64,000 bases of DNA from Candidatus Latescibacterota bacterium (GCA_965208125.1 OZ242320.1:1-64000), one strand, 5' to 3'. Positions 1 to 11,416 are shown, counted from the stretch's first letter. Made by a program: numbers and translations. The notes: a model not told the origin generated them from the letters alone.

Positions 1-1009
1 AAAGGGCGGGGGACTGTTGGCCCTGGGGGGCAATGCCGCTTTTGGTGATGGATATGCGCACTCGGCACTGGCCGATGTTTTGCCCGTGCAGTTTTTGGAA
101 TCGTCAGACACATTTCAAGAACGCGCTTTTGCCCTTTCGTTTCCCGATTCTCGCCACCCCATCTTGCGCGTATCTGACGATCCATTAGGCGACCGCGATG
201 CCTGGGAGGCATTGCCGCCACTTCTGTCTTATAATCGCGTGGGAGCTGCTGTTTCCAACGCAACTGTGTTAGCGCATCATCCCATAGAGCGCGTCGATGG
301 CAAACCGATGCCCATACTGGCAATTCGCCGCGTAGGTGCGGGAAAAACCGCGACAGTAGCCTATCAAACATTTTGGCGTCATGGGCTGATGATGTGGGGC
401 GACGGCAAAACCGATGCTGTGGCACGCGCATTTTGGAAAAATATGGTGCGCTGGCTGGTCACGCGCGACGAGGTCTCACGCCTAAAAATCATGACTGAAA
501 AGCCCACATATCGAAGCGGTGAGGCAGTCGCGGTGCATGCAAGCGTTTTTGACCGTCTATTGCAGCCGCGTCCAGGCGCGCGGGTTCTCGCGCGAGTCGG
601 CGACAGCTCGAGTGTAAGAGAAGTTCTCCTGCGTGATTTGGGCGGTGGACGGTATGCCGGCAATTTGGGGCGTTTTCCACAAGGCGATTATGAACTTCAG
701 GTACAGGCCCGAGCCGATGATGGTGATCTGGGCACGGGTATGGGGCGTTTTACTGTGGGAAGATACAGCCTGGAATACGAAACCGTGCGCATGCGCGCCG
801 AACTGCTCGGCGATATTGCTACGCGCAGTGGTGGACAATATGTGAGACCGGGTGATCTGAAGACCGCGCTCGATTCGCTTATTCTGGCTCCTGAGCCTGT
901 TATCACCCACCACCGATTCAGGTTGTGGGGGCAGGAGTGGCCGATATTTGTACTGGTGGGGCTGCTGGTACTTGAATGGACTATTCGACGAAGATTGGGG
1001 ATGATATAA
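1..1009 (+). CDS. 5'-truncated membrane-anchored protein (putative glutamine-amidotransferase-like/VWA-associated family)
   Basis: Frame is open from the window edge (KGGGLLALGG...). It has a FW..MVRWL motif and a C-terminal TM segment ending LEWTIRRRLG, typical of this family. Confidence 0.55.
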   Translation, partial: KGGGLLALGGNAAFGDGYAHSALADVLPVQFLESSDTFQERAFALSFPDSRHPILRVSDDPLGDRDAWEALPPLLSYNRVGAAVSNATVLAHHPIERVDGKPMPILAIRRVGAGKTATVAYQTFWRHGLMMWGDGKTDAVARAFWKNMVRWLVTRDEVSRLKIMTEKPTYRSGEAVAVHASVFDRLLQPRPGARVLARVGDSSSVREVLLRDLGGGRYAGNLGRFPQGDYELQVQARADDGDLGTGMGRFTVGRYSLEYETVRMRAELLGDIATRSGGQYVRPGDLKTALDSLILAPEPVITHHRFRLWGQEWPIFVLVGLLVLEWTIRRRLGMI

Positions 1010-1866
1010 TGGGTAGAATACAGAATTTAATAAACAAAATGTACTCAGTAATTCTCGCATTGTTTTGTTGTACGGCCATGCTGACCGTGGAAGTTTCTGC
1101 ACAGGTGGTAATCAACGAAGTGATGGCACGACCCGTCGGTGGATCAGAGTGGGTAGAACTTTACAACCGCTCGTCAGACGCAGTTCATCTATCCGGGTGG
1201 ACGCTATCCGATTTGCGAACAACGGGACAATTTAAAGCAGGCGCAGTCATTGGTGGCAGAGGATATGTGGTCGTCGCAGAAGACGCAGATGCTATTAGCC
1301 TGCAATTTCCCGACCTCAATGTTCCCATCTTGTCGCTTACCCGCTGGCCCCGGCTAAATAATGGGGGCGATAGCCTCATTTTGCGCGATGCGACGGCAAC
1401 ACTTATCGATAGCATCTTGTATCCAGCACAAGAGGCTTCTATAAGTCTGGAACGCATTGATCTCACTGTAGCGGGCGATCCGGACAACTGGCTCGACAGC
1501 CAGGATCCGCGGGGTGCGACCCCTGGGGCTGCAAATAGCGTTCAGTTTAACGACAACATAGCAGAGTTATCTGTGGCGGTTGACCCCAATCCCTTTGTCG
1601 ATCAAGTTGCCATTACATATCGGGTGCCCTCCCCAAGACTTCACGCAAATTTGTGGGTATTTGACCGCATGGGCAGACGCGTGGCATCCTTACTTAAAAG
1701 TGTTGAAAGTGGCAGTCAGCGCGTTGTAAATTGGGATGGGAGCAACGATAATGGACATATTTTAAAGCCCGGTATTTATGTTATCTACCTGGAAGTCGGC
1801 ACGCCAGAAGGCAAATTATTCCGCGCTCGAAAGCCTGTGGTGCTGGCAAGAGGAATAAGTCAATAA
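1009..1866 (+). CDS. Secreted lamin-tail-domain protein with C-terminal FlgD-like Ig domain
   Basis: Signal peptide; VVINEVM...EWVELYN...LSGWTLSD and TPGAANS (LTD); PNPF...WDGSNDNG...PGIYV (FlgD_ig). ATG at 1009 overlaps the upstream TAA (TAATG). Confidence 0.8.
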   Translation: MGRIQNLINKMYSVILALFCCTAMLTVEVSAQVVINEVMARPVGGSEWVELYNRSSDAVHLSGWTLSDLRTTGQFKAGAVIGGRGYVVVAEDADAISLQFPDLNVPILSLTRWPRLNNGGDSLILRDATATLIDSILYPAQEASISLERIDLTVAGDPDNWLDSQDPRGATPGAANSVQFNDNIAELSVAVDPNPFVDQVAITYRVPSPRLHANLWVFDRMGRRVASLLKSVESGSQRVVNWDGSNDNGHILKPGIYVIYLEVGTPEGKLFRARKPVVLARGISQ

Positions 1867-1921
1867 AACCGATGTCCCCACATCGGATATATTCTCCCCT
1901 TTGATGCTGTGAGGAATAGAT

Positions 1922-4450
1922 ATGGAACAGTCATCGAAGGCATTACCCGAGACACAAAAAGATCGGCTCGCATTACCCTTTCAAATTTTAGGTGTGTGCT
2001 TGATTGCTATCGCACTATTGATGGCTTTGAGCTTGCTATCGCACTCGCCAGAAGATCCGCCTAATTCGACGCGCCCCAACGAGTTGGCACAAAATCTGGT
2101 CGGGTGGCTCGGCGCACACGTCTCCTACCACTTGCTATTTAGCGTGGGCTATGGTGCTTACGCATTGATAGTTTTGGTAATTGTGTGGGGATGGAACCAC
2201 CTCAGGATGTCGAGCGTCAGATCACTTGTGATGTACAGTGTCATCCTGTTTTCACTAATGGTGATCTACTGTGGCGCGACAGGCGTACTTTTTTGGGAGA
2301 GGCCCACAATGGCCTGGAAATTGGGAGGTTGGCTGGGCTTTATGCTATCGTCTTCCCTGCTGGTACCCTATTTAGGTACTGTGGGTTCTTATATTTCTTT
2401 GGCAACGCTATTTGTGATATTGTTGATGGTTGCCACCGATATTCCGTTTAACCGAATTCCCGAATGGACTTTTTTAAAAAAGCGCGCGAAAAAATCCGAC
2501 AATAACGGGACATCGTCCGAAGTGGTACGAATTGAGGACACCAATCAAATCGAGGATATTGATCAAAAAAAAAATATAACTGAAGAAGAGATTGTTGACG
2601 ACCCCATTTTAGATGAATGGGAAAAGAACGAATTGGCCGAGGTATCCAAACCCGATATCGCTGAAGACATCGATGAACTTTTGGAGAAGCACACCCCAAA
2701 AAAAGAGACTGCTACTGACTCCATTTCAGATGTGGCTCAAGTTGATTCAGAGGAAAACCAATTGGTTGAGGAGCCTACATCCGAGGTCGCCGATGACGAT
2801 TCAGAAAATCACGAAAAAAAAGACGCGGTTAGTGATGACCCCATTCCAGGTGTGGCACGAGTAGGGCGAGAAGAAGACGAATTGCCTGAGGTGGAATTTG
2901 AAATAGTAGATGAAACGCCTGAGCCAGAACCTGAACCCGTTCCGTCAAAACCCAAAAAGAAAAAGAAAATTGTGCGCAAGCGATCTTCGACATATCTGCT
3001 ACCCAATTTGAAGCTACTGGAAGATCCCCCTCCGGGTGATGGGGTTATAGACCGCGAAACCCTGTTTAAAGGGGCGAAGGTATTGGAGCAAAGCCTGAGC
3101 AATTTTGGCGTTCAAGGCAAAGTAGTACAGGTCAACCCTGGGCCTGTTATTACGACATACGAAGTTGTACCTCCCCCAGGCGTGAAAGTCAGTAAAATTG
3201 TCGGCCTTGCAGACGATCTCGCCCTCGTGATGAAAGCGCAGAGTATTCGCATTCAGGCTCCCATTCCCGGAAAGGCTGCGGTCGGCATTGAAGTGCCCAA
3301 TCCAGAACCTTATACGGTCTTTTTAAAAGAAATTCTGGAATCGCGCGCATTTGAGCAGTCCGATTCAAAATTGATGCTCGGGTTCGGCAAAACAGCTTCG
3401 GGCGCCCCCTATTGTGCCGATCTGGCAAAAATGCCGCATTTGTTAATTGCCGGCGCGACCGGAGCTGGTAAATCGGGGTGTATCAATGCGTTGATCTCCA
3501 GTATTTTGTTCCGCTGCACGCCAGAAGAAGTGCGTTTTATTATGATAGATCCCAAAATGCTGGAATTGTCAATATACAACGATATTCCACATCTCTTAGC
3601 CCCTGTTGTCGTCGATCCCAAAATGGCGTCGGGTGCGCTCAAGTGGGCGGTGTCAGAGATGGAGAACCGATATCGCACGATGGCGCAGTTTACAGCGCGC
3701 AATATTACTGATTTTAATGCCAAGATGGCGCGGCTGCGAGAGGAAGCACCCACCGAGGAAGACCGCGACGAGATTCCCGATGCCTTGCCCTATATTGTCG
3801 TGGTGATTGATGAATTGGCCGATTTGATGATGACTGCACCGAGCGATATTGAAAACTCGCTGGCGCGATTGGCACAAATGGCCCGCGCTGTGGGCATCCA
3901 TCTCATTATTGCAACCCAGCGTCCTTCGGTAAATGTGATTACTGGTACAATCAAAGCCAATTTCCCAACGCGTATTGCATTTCGCGTGGCATCCAAAGTC
4001 GATTCGCGCACGATTATTGACGCCAATGGGGGTGAAAAACTTCTGGGGCGAGGTGATATGCTATTCTTGCCCCCAGGGCAACCCGAACCCATTCGCCTTC
4101 ACGGGGCGTGGATCGATACCGAAGAAACCGAACAATTAGTGGCCTGGGTGCGCGATCAGGGCGTCGAACTCGATAGCGTTGAATTTGAGGGCGAAAATAG
4201 CGATCTTTCTGTTGCAGATAACGAGCGCGATGCCCGGTTTGATGAGGCATTGCGATTGGTGGTTATCCATCAACAGGGTTCCGCATCACTCCTGCAGCGC
4301 CGGATGAAGGTGGGATACTCGCGGGCTGCCCGCCTTGTTGACGAACTCGAAGCCGCCGGTATTGTTGGTCCGCCCAATGGTTCGAGCAAGGGACGCGAAG
4401 TCCTCGTTGACGAAGATTATTTAGAAGAACTCAAGGAGTTAGATGTATGA
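1922..4450 (+). CDS. ftsK: DNA translocase FtsK
   Basis: N-terminal 4TM domain, acidic linker, MPHLLIAGATGAGKS, YIVVVIDELADLMM, ATQRPSV, gamma domain LLQRRMKVGYSRAARLVD. Confidence 0.97.
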   Translation: MEQSSKALPETQKDRLALPFQILGVCLIAIALLMALSLLSHSPEDPPNSTRPNELAQNLVGWLGAHVSYHLLFSVGYGAYALIVLVIVWGWNHLRMSSVRSLVMYSVILFSLMVIYCGATGVLFWERPTMAWKLGGWLGFMLSSSLLVPYLGTVGSYISLATLFVILLMVATDIPFNRIPEWTFLKKRAKKSDNNGTSSEVVRIEDTNQIEDIDQKKNITEEEIVDDPILDEWEKNELAEVSKPDIAEDIDELLEKHTPKKETATDSISDVAQVDSEENQLVEEPTSEVADDDSENHEKKDAVSDDPIPGVARVGREEDELPEVEFEIVDETPEPEPEPVPSKPKKKKKIVRKRSSTYLLPNLKLLEDPPPGDGVIDRETLFKGAKVLEQSLSNFGVQGKVVQVNPGPVITTYEVVPPPGVKVSKIVGLADDLALVMKAQSIRIQAPIPGKAAVGIEVPNPEPYTVFLKEILESRAFEQSDSKLMLGFGKTASGAPYCADLAKMPHLLIAGATGAGKSGCINALISSILFRCTPEEVRFIMIDPKMLELSIYNDIPHLLAPVVVDPKMASGALKWAVSEMENRYRTMAQFTARNITDFNAKMARLREEAPTEEDRDEIPDALPYIVVVIDELADLMMTAPSDIENSLARLAQMARAVGIHLIIATQRPSVNVITGTIKANFPTRIAFRVASKVDSRTIIDANGGEKLLGRGDMLFLPPGQPEPIRLHGAWIDTEETEQLVAWVRDQGVELDSVEFEGENSDLSVADNERDARFDEALRLVVIHQQGSASLLQRRMKVGYSRAARLVDELEAAGIVGPPNGSSKGREVLVDEDYLEELKELDV

Positions 4451-5127
4451 TGCGTGAAAAGTACCATAGGCGCAACCTGCATACGTTTCTCGTTATTCTC
4501 AGTATTTTATTTTGCACGAGAACTGTGCAGGCCGATACGCGCGGATCAGAGGTCGTTGCGAAATTGCAAAAAAAGTTTGCGGATCTCGAGACGCTTTCCG
4601 CTCAATTTGTCAAGCAACACTACTGGCGCGTGATGGACCAGCATCAAGAAGTCAAAGGCAAGTTGCTGGTTCAGCGCCCCGATCAGTTTCGAATGGATTC
4701 GGATATACAGGTGGTGGTGAGCGATGGCAAAACCGTGTGGCATTACGCGCCCGCCAATGCCCAGGTGCTGGTGAGCGACTACACCGCGATGGAAAATGAT
4801 CGAAACTATGAGAAATTGTTATTTGATCTGATTTTTTGGGGCGGGTACGACAAAAATTATGTGCCCGTTTATGTGGGTGAAGAAAAGATACATCGCAAAA
4901 CGTGTTACGCGGTTGATCTATTGGCAAAAAAAGAAGATACGTATATCCATAAAATTCGCCTATGGATAGACAAACGCCTCTATCTGGTGCGGCAGGTAGA
5001 ATATCGAAATATCCACGAAGATGTGACAACATTTGTGTTGTCGGACTTGAAGGTCAACAAAAAAGCCAAGCCCGATCAATTTACATTTCACGTACCCAGT
5101 GGAGTGGAATTGATCGATTTGCGTTGA
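4447..5127 (+). CDS. lolA: Outer-membrane lipoprotein carrier LolA
   Basis: Signal peptide, RPDQFR, VVSDGKTVWHY, FTFHVPSGVELID; directly downstream of ftsK as is usual. Confidence 0.88.
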   Translation: MMREKYHRRNLHTFLVILSILFCTRTVQADTRGSEVVAKLQKKFADLETLSAQFVKQHYWRVMDQHQEVKGKLLVQRPDQFRMDSDIQVVVSDGKTVWHYAPANAQVLVSDYTAMENDRNYEKLLFDLIFWGGYDKNYVPVYVGEEKIHRKTCYAVDLLAKKEDTYIHKIRLWIDKRLYLVRQVEYRNIHEDVTTFVLSDLKVNKKAKPDQFTFHVPSGVELIDLR

Positions 5128-5149
5128 TTATAACTGAAAGGAACAAATA

Positions 5150-6260
5150 ATGGCTGTGGAAATTCAGGTGCGTGAAGTACAAGACGCGCTATTCGATTAT
5201 AGCACGCGCGTAGATAAACTCGGGAGGTATCTTTGACCTCGATCAAAGAAGGATCAAAATTGCCGAATTTGAAAAACTAATGGAAGCACCAGATTTCTGG
5301 AATGATCGCGAAAATGCACAACAAATTATCGATGCCTGTAATGCGGAGAAATACTGGGTTGAAAGTTGGGAAAATTTAAACGCACAAGCGGACGATCTGG
5401 ACGTACTTTTTCAATTGGCCTGCGAAGAAGGCGATGCAGAATCTCTATCGGAAGTCGCCGCCGAATTGCCCGATGTTGGCGCAGCTTTAGACGCACTTGA
5501 ATTACAGCACATGTTGGGCGCTCGAGAAGATCGCAATGATGCGATCTTGACCATTCATCCGGGTGCTGGGGGTACCGAAGCAGCAGACTGGGCGCAAATG
5601 TTAATGCGTATGTACACGCGATGGGCCGAGCGGCGCGGGTTTCAAACCAATGTCCTGGACACGCTTCCCGGTGAAACGGCCGGGATTAAGAGTGCGACAA
5701 TTGAAGTGAAGGGCGATTATGCTTTCGGCTATCTCAAGTCCGAATCTGGTGTACATAGACTGGTGCGAATTTCTCCTTATGATTCCAACAATCGCCGCCA
5801 CACATCATTTGCATCCGTTTTTGTCTATCCCGACGCCGAAGGCGATATCGAGGTGGAGATCAATCCCAATGATTTGAAAATAGATACCTATCGCGCTGGG
5901 GGTGCAGGCGGACAACATGTGAACAAAACCGATTCAGCGGTGCGTATTACCCACGAACCCACGGGGATTGTGGTGCAATGCCAGAACGAGCGTTCTCAGT
6001 ACAAGAACCGCAATACGGCCCTGAAAATTCTCAAAGCGCGATTGTATCAACACCTGCGAGAAGAAGAAGATAAAAAACGCGCCGAACTCGAAAGCACAAA
6101 AAAACGCATTGAATGGGGCAGTCAAATCCGCAATTACGTTTTCCAGCCCTATCAGATGGTGAAAGACGCGCGGACGGGCTTTGAGACATCGGATGTTTCA
6201 GGGGTTATAGACGGCGATCTCGACCCATTTATCCGCGCATATTTACTATCGTCGCACTAA
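5150..6260 (+). CDS. prfB: Peptide chain release factor 2, expressed by programmed +1 frameshift
   Basis: ATG at 5150 gives 28 codons ending CTT-TGA-C (5231-5237); the +1 frame continues into the 5280-6260 ORF with GGQ and RISPY motifs. Confidence 0.96.
5222..5237 (+). promoter_or_regulatory. prfB frameshift signal
   Basis: Internal SD GGGAGG, then TAT, then CTT TGA C. Confidence 0.95.
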
Positions 6261-6293
6261 GTTTTAAGTAGTAATCCCAAGCGGGCAACGCGC

Positions 6294-6322
6294 TTGACTT
6301 GAATATGCATATTGGTTATAGT
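6294..6322 (+). promoter_or_regulatory. Putative sigma-70 promoter of lysS
   Basis: TTGACT-17 bp-TATAGT. Confidence 0.55.
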
Positions 6323-6381
6323 TTAATGATCTTTACAACGTTTAATCTTATAGGTATTAGAGGGGTTGGGAGGCTCCAATC

Positions 6382-7914
6382 TTGACTCGGGTTGTGGGAC
6401 AAACGCCAGAATCTCAATTAATCGAACAGCGCCTGCAAAAACTCGATGCCATTCGGGATTTGGGCATTGAGCCTTATCCGTATCGCTTTGAGCCCACGCA
6501 TCATTCTGTAGATATTGTCGCGTCTTTTGATGCGCTGAACGCATCGGGCGACGAGGTGCGAGTTGCCGGTCGATTGATTGTTACGCGAGGTCATGGCAAA
6601 GCGGCCTTTGCCGATTTGCGGGATGCCGTGGGTCGCCTTCAAATTTATGTGCGGCTCGACAATGTTGGCGATGATGCTTTCGCGCTGTGGAAGTTGCTGG
6701 ATATCGGCGACTTTATCGGCGTATCTGGCCCAGTTTTCAAGACGCGCACAGGTCAAATATCCGTTCAGGTTCAAACGCTCGCATTGTTGACCAAAGCCAT
6801 TCGGCCGCTACCTGTTCCGAAAGAAGAAATACGCGATGGCGAGCGCGTTGTACACGATCAATTTAGCGACAAAGAACTGCGATATCGCCGTCGTTACCTG
6901 GACCTGGCACTCAATCCCGATGTGCAGGCGGTGTTTCGCAAGCGTAGCGCGGTCGTATCTGCGATTCGCGAATTTTTAGATTCACGCGGTTTTCTCGAAG
7001 TCGAAACACCGGTGTTGCAGCCGCTCTACGGCGGGGCTTCGGCCCGTCCTTTTGTGACGCATCACAACGTGCTGGACATGCCGCTGTACCTGCGGATATC
7101 CGATGAATTATATCTCAAGCGTTTGATCGTGGGTGGGCTTGAGCGGGTGTATGAAATCGGCAAAAATTTTCGCAATGAAGGCATTGATCGGACTCATAAC
7201 CCCGAGTTTTCGATGCTCGAATTGTATCAGGCCTACGCCGATTATTCAGATATGATGGCAATAGCCGAGGCACTCTACGCCTTTGTGGCCGAAAAGGTAA
7301 ATGGCGCAACAACACTCGAATATCAGGGTCGAGAAATTGATCTTACCCCCCCCTGGCCGCGCATTCCCATGCTCGACGCCATAGAGAAATACGGCGGTAT
7401 TGATGTGGCGAGCTCTTCAGATGCCGAGTTGCGTACTGCGTGCACGCGTTTTGATTCCGATATCGAACCGAATACAGAACGCGGCTTGTTGATCAATGCG
7501 TTGTTCGAGGCGTGTGTCGAGCCTGAATTGATTCAACCGACCTTTATTACCGACTATCCCATTGCGGTGTCTCCCCTGGCCAAACGCCATCGGACCGAAA
7601 AAGACCTCACCGAGCGGTTTGAATTTTTTATCAATGGTTGGGAAGCGGGCAATGCGTTTTCCGAACTGAACGATCCGATTGATCAGCGGCAACGGTTTGC
7701 GCATCAAAAAACCTTGCGCGACCAGGGCGACGATGAGGCCCAGATTCTCGATGAAGATTTTTTGATGGCCCTGGAACACGGGATGCCACCGACGGGTGGG
7801 TTGGGTATTGGTGTCGATCGGATGGTGATGTTGCTCGCAGATGTGCCTTCGATTCGAGACGCAATTCTGTTTCCGCACATGCGTCCTAAAGAGGGCCTTG
7901 ACGACCATGGATGA
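6382..7914 (+). CDS. lysS: Lysine--tRNA ligase (class II)
   Basis: RYRRRYLDL, GGASARPF, FRNEGIDRTHNPEF, GMPPTGGLGIGVDR. Confidence 0.97.
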   Translation: MTRVVGQTPESQLIEQRLQKLDAIRDLGIEPYPYRFEPTHHSVDIVASFDALNASGDEVRVAGRLIVTRGHGKAAFADLRDAVGRLQIYVRLDNVGDDAFALWKLLDIGDFIGVSGPVFKTRTGQISVQVQTLALLTKAIRPLPVPKEEIRDGERVVHDQFSDKELRYRRRYLDLALNPDVQAVFRKRSAVVSAIREFLDSRGFLEVETPVLQPLYGGASARPFVTHHNVLDMPLYLRISDELYLKRLIVGGLERVYEIGKNFRNEGIDRTHNPEFSMLELYQAYADYSDMMAIAEALYAFVAEKVNGATTLEYQGREIDLTPPWPRIPMLDAIEKYGGIDVASSSDAELRTACTRFDSDIEPNTERGLLINALFEACVEPELIQPTFITDYPIAVSPLAKRHRTEKDLTERFEFFINGWEAGNAFSELNDPIDQRQRFAHQKTLRDQGDDEAQILDEDFLMALEHGMPPTGGLGIGVDRMVMLLADVPSIRDAILFPHMRPKEGLDDHG

Positions 7915-8581
7915 GTTGCTTCGCGCAACAGGTATTTGCAAGCACTATGTCATGGGGGATACCCATATCGAGGTACTCAAAGGGGTTGACCTCGGGGTTG
8001 TTCGCGGCGAAATTGTAGCAGTGGTTGGTGCTTCTGGTGTTGGAAAAAGTACTTTGTTGCACATTATGGGCGGGTTAGACCATCCGGTTTCAGGGACGGT
8101 TGTCATCGATGGCGTCGATATATTTGCCCTTTCAGATACTGATCGCGCCAAATTTCGCAACCGTCAGATTGGGTTTGTTTTTCAGTTTCATCACTTGTTG
8201 CGCGATTTTACTGCGCTTGAAAACGTGATGATGCCCCTGATGATTGCTGGTGATTCGCACGATGAAGCGCGAGCACCTGCGCAAAAACTACTCTGTGATG
8301 TCGGTCTGGAACAGCGGCTTGCACATTTGCCTTCCGAACTTTCTGGCGGAGAAGCACAGCGCGTTGCTGTTGCACGGGCATTGGTAACGCAACCCGCTGT
8401 TGTTTTGGCCGACGAACCTTCTGGCAATCTCGATGTGGCGCGCAGTGCAGAGCTTCACGCACTAATTTGGGAACTTGCCAGAACCCGACACCAAACGTGC
8501 ATTATTGTAACACACGATCAGCATTTGGCTGCTCGCGCTGATCGGGTGGTCGAGATGGAAGACGGTCGTCTCGTTGCTTAA
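7907..8581 (+). CDS. lolD: LolD-like lipoprotein-release ABC ATPase
   Basis: GASGVGKST, RNRQIGFVFQFHHLL, LSGGEAQRVAVARAL, ADEPSGNLD; ATG at 7907 overlaps the end of lysS. Confidence 0.82.
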   Translation: MDELLRATGICKHYVMGDTHIEVLKGVDLGVVRGEIVAVVGASGVGKSTLLHIMGGLDHPVSGTVVIDGVDIFALSDTDRAKFRNRQIGFVFQFHHLLRDFTALENVMMPLMIAGDSHDEARAPAQKLLCDVGLEQRLAHLPSELSGGEAQRVAVARALVTQPAVVLADEPSGNLDVARSAELHALIWELARTRHQTCIIVTHDQHLAARADRVVEMEDGRLVA

Positions 8582-8604
8582 ATAACAAAGCGTGTGAAAC
8601 AGTG

Positions 8605-8633
8605 TTGAGTTTTCTTTTATAAACTGTTATAAT
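8605..8633 (+). promoter_or_regulatory. Putative sigma-70 promoter of clpC (extended -10)
   Basis: TTGAGT-17 bp-TATAAT, with TG preceding the -10. Confidence 0.6.
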
Positions 8634-8686
8634 GGGAATCAATATCACGCTTCGCCAGATTTCTCGTTAGGCGAGAGGAGTATTCG

Positions 8687-11278
8687 ATGAATAGTATGTT
8701 TTCAGACCAGGTAAAGCAGGTCATGCAACTCGCTCGCGAAGAGGCAGCGCGCCTGGGACACAATTACATTGGTACCGAGCATTTGCTGCTGGGCATCATA
8801 CGCGGGGGCAAAAGTACGGCCGTCCAGGTATTGACAAATCTGAATTTAAATCTCGAAAGTATCAAGCAATCCATCGACGATTTTGTCGCTTCTTCTGGCA
8901 GTTCAATGACGATGGGTGAAGTGCCTTTTACGCCCCGCGCAAAGCAAATTCTCGAAATCGCTGCCAATGAAGCCAAAGAAATGAAAAGCCGAGTCGTGAG
9001 AACCAGCCATCTGCTGTTGGCACTATTGAAAGATAAAGACGGGGTTGCCGCACAGATCCTGGTCACATTCGGCGTAGATCACAGAACCGCCAAGGAGGAG
9101 GTGATTGCCGTTTTGCAGGGAAAATCTTCGTCGAGTAGGCGCGAAAAAAGAAAAAGCAAAACGCCTTTCCTCGATCATTTCGGACGCGATTTAACCGATC
9201 TGGCGCGGCAGGGCAAATTGGATCCGACTATTGGTCGCGATCGCGAAATCGAACGGGTGTCACAGGTGCTGGCCAGACGCAAAAAGAACAACCCGGTGCT
9301 GGTAGGCGAACCCGGTGTGGGTAAAACTCAGATCATTGAAGGACTGGCACAGCGCATTGTGGAACGGCGAGTCCCACAAATTTTGCTGGACAAACGCGTG
9401 GTCACGCTCGATATGGGTGGCATTGTCGCCGGCACAAAATATCGAGGACAGTTTGAAGAGCGTCTGAAAGCCGTGATGAATGAACTTCAACAAAGCCAGA
9501 ATGTGATCATTTTTATCGATGAGTTGCACACCATTGTCGGTGCCGGCAGTGCCGAGGGTACACTCGATGCTTCCAATATGTTTAAGCCCTCTCTCTCCCG
9601 CGGCGAATTGCAGTGCATTGGTGCAACGACCTTAGACGAATATCGAAAATATATTGAAAAGGATGGCGCACTTGAGCGGCGGTTTCAGACGATTGTGGTC
9701 GATGCGCCTTCAGTGGATGAAACCATTGAAATCCTCAAGGGACTAAAAGACAGTTATGAAACACATCACAAAGTGTCTTTTTTACCCGAAGCTATCGAAG
9801 CAGCAGCGCAAATGGCCGACCGCTATATAAGTGATCGCCACTTGCCCGACAAGGCCATTGATGTGATCGATGAAACGGGAGCGCGGGTGCGATTGTCCCG
9901 TCTCAATCCCCCCGAAGAGATCAAAGAAATCGAGATGGCTATTGGCGAGATTACGAGGAAAAAAGATAAAGCTGCCGAAAATCAGCAATTTGAAGAGGCG
10001 GCCAGCTTGCGCGACCGCGAGCGAGAACTCAAAAGCGAACTCGAAAATATGCGCCAGGCGTGGGAAGTACAGGTAACAGATGATGTGGTAGATGTGACAG
10101 AAGAACACATTGCCGAAGTAATTTCGAGCATGACGGGCATTCCCGTGTTTCGGCTGGCACAGGCCGAGTCCGAAAGACTGATCAACATGGCGTCCGAGTT
10201 GCAAAAGCGCGTGATCGGTCAAGAAGAAGCTGTTTCTACGGTGTGTCGCTCCATTCGGCGCACGCGCGCAGGTCTCAAAGACCCCAATCGCCCAATCGGC
10301 ACGTTTTTGTTTTTGGGTCCCACGGGTATTGGCAAAACGTATTTGGCGCAAGCGCTGGCGCAGTATCTGTTTGACGATGAAGACGCGCTCGTAACCGTAG
10401 ATATGTCGGAATATATGGAAAAATTTGCGGTATCTCGGCTCGTGGGTGCACCACCTGGTTATGTGGGATACGATGAGGGCGGACAGCTAACGGAGAAAGT
10501 GCGCCGGCGTCCCTATTCGGTGGTTTTGCTCGATGAAATTGAAAAAGCTCATCCCGATGTGTTCAATATCCTCTTGCAGGTATTGGATGAAGGGCGTTTG
10601 ACAGATAGCTTTGGGCGCAAGGTAAATTTCAAAAATACCATTTTGATTATGACATCCAATCTGGGAACCAAAGATCTGCAAAATGCAGGTGGCTTGGGAT
10701 TTGGCCGTTCAGACAAAAAATCAATTCGCGAAAAAATGGAAGAGCGCATCAACGAAGAGGTCAAAAAAACATTTAATCCCGAGTTTATCAACCGCCTGGA
10801 TGAAACGGTGATTTTCAATCCACTGGATCGAAAGGAAATTATTCAGATCGTCGATATCGAGCTTGAAAAAATTCTCACTCGCGTTGCAGAACGCGATATT
10901 GAAGTACGCCTCACACAAGGAGCCAAGAGTTTGATCGCCGAGAAGGGCTATGATCCGACTTATGGCGCGCGGCATCTGCGGCGCACCATTCAAAAGATGA
11001 TTGAAGATCCCCTGGCCGAAGAGATCATTACAGGCCATTTTGCGGATGGCTGCAAAGTTCGGGTGAGCAAAAAAGGCGATACGCTCAGCTTTGAGGGAGA
11101 TTCTACCACTAAAGAAGAACCGAAAGATACGCCCGAAGTCCAGATAAGTAAAAAAAACAATACTCTCAACTTCGCCGATGAGAGCGAAGCAAGTGATCTC
11201 AGTAAGAAAGTAGAAGACCAGGACAAATCGGGGGATCCTGTCGGCGAAGAGGAAGTGGTAAACAAGGACAAAGCATGA
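8687..11278 (+). CDS. clpC: ATP-dependent Clp protease ATPase ClpC
   Basis: Clp N domain ([13 protein letters not shown]), two AAA+ modules ([16 protein letters not shown]), UVR-type middle domain. Confidence 0.95.
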   Translation: MNSMFSDQVKQVMQLAREEAARLGHNYIGTEHLLLGIIRGGKSTAVQVLTNLNLNLESIKQSIDDFVASSGSSMTMGEVPFTPRAKQILEIAANEAKEMKSRVVRTSHLLLALLKDKDGVAAQILVTFGVDHRTAKEEVIAVLQGKSSSSRREKRKSKTPFLDHFGRDLTDLARQGKLDPTIGRDREIERVSQVLARRKKNNPVLVGEPGVGKTQIIEGLAQRIVERRVPQILLDKRVVTLDMGGIVAGTKYRGQFEERLKAVMNELQQSQNVIIFIDELHTIVGAGSAEGTLDASNMFKPSLSRGELQCIGATTLDEYRKYIEKDGALERRFQTIVVDAPSVDETIEILKGLKDSYETHHKVSFLPEAIEAAAQMADRYISDRHLPDKAIDVIDETGARVRLSRLNPPEEIKEIEMAIGEITRKKDKAAENQQFEEAASLRDRERELKSELENMRQAWEVQVTDDVVDVTEEHIAEVISSMTGIPVFRLAQAESERLINMASELQKRVIGQEEAVSTVCRSIRRTRAGLKDPNRPIGTFLFLGPTGIGKTYLAQALAQYLFDDEDALVTVDMSEYMEKFAVSRLVGAPPGYVGYDEGGQLTEKVRRRPYSVVLLDEIEKAHPDVFNILLQVLDEGRLTDSFGRKVNFKNTILIMTSNLGTKDLQNAGGLGFGRSDKKSIREKMEERINEEVKKTFNPEFINRLDETVIFNPLDRKEIIQIVDIELEKILTRVAERDIEVRLTQGAKSLIAEKGYDPTYGARHLRRTIQKMIEDPLAEEIITGHFADGCKVRVSKKGDTLSFEGDSTTKEEPKDTPEVQISKKNNTLNFADESEASDLSKKVEDQDKSGDPVGEEEVVNKDKA

Positions 11279-11300
11279 TCGTGAAGGTGCGGTCAATACC

Positions 11301-11332
11301 CAAACGGCCCGGGCAGTAGTCCGGGCTGTTTG
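11301..11332 (+). terminator. Hairpin/terminator after clpC
   Basis: CAAACGGCCCGG...CCGGGCTGTTTG inverted repeat. Confidence 0.6.
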
Positions 11333-11416
11333 TCGTACAGTCGGAACATTTTTCTCTGTTGGGCGTTTGAGGCTTACAAAGTCCCAATAATCTGTTTTAG
11401 ATAGGTATTTCGCAAC

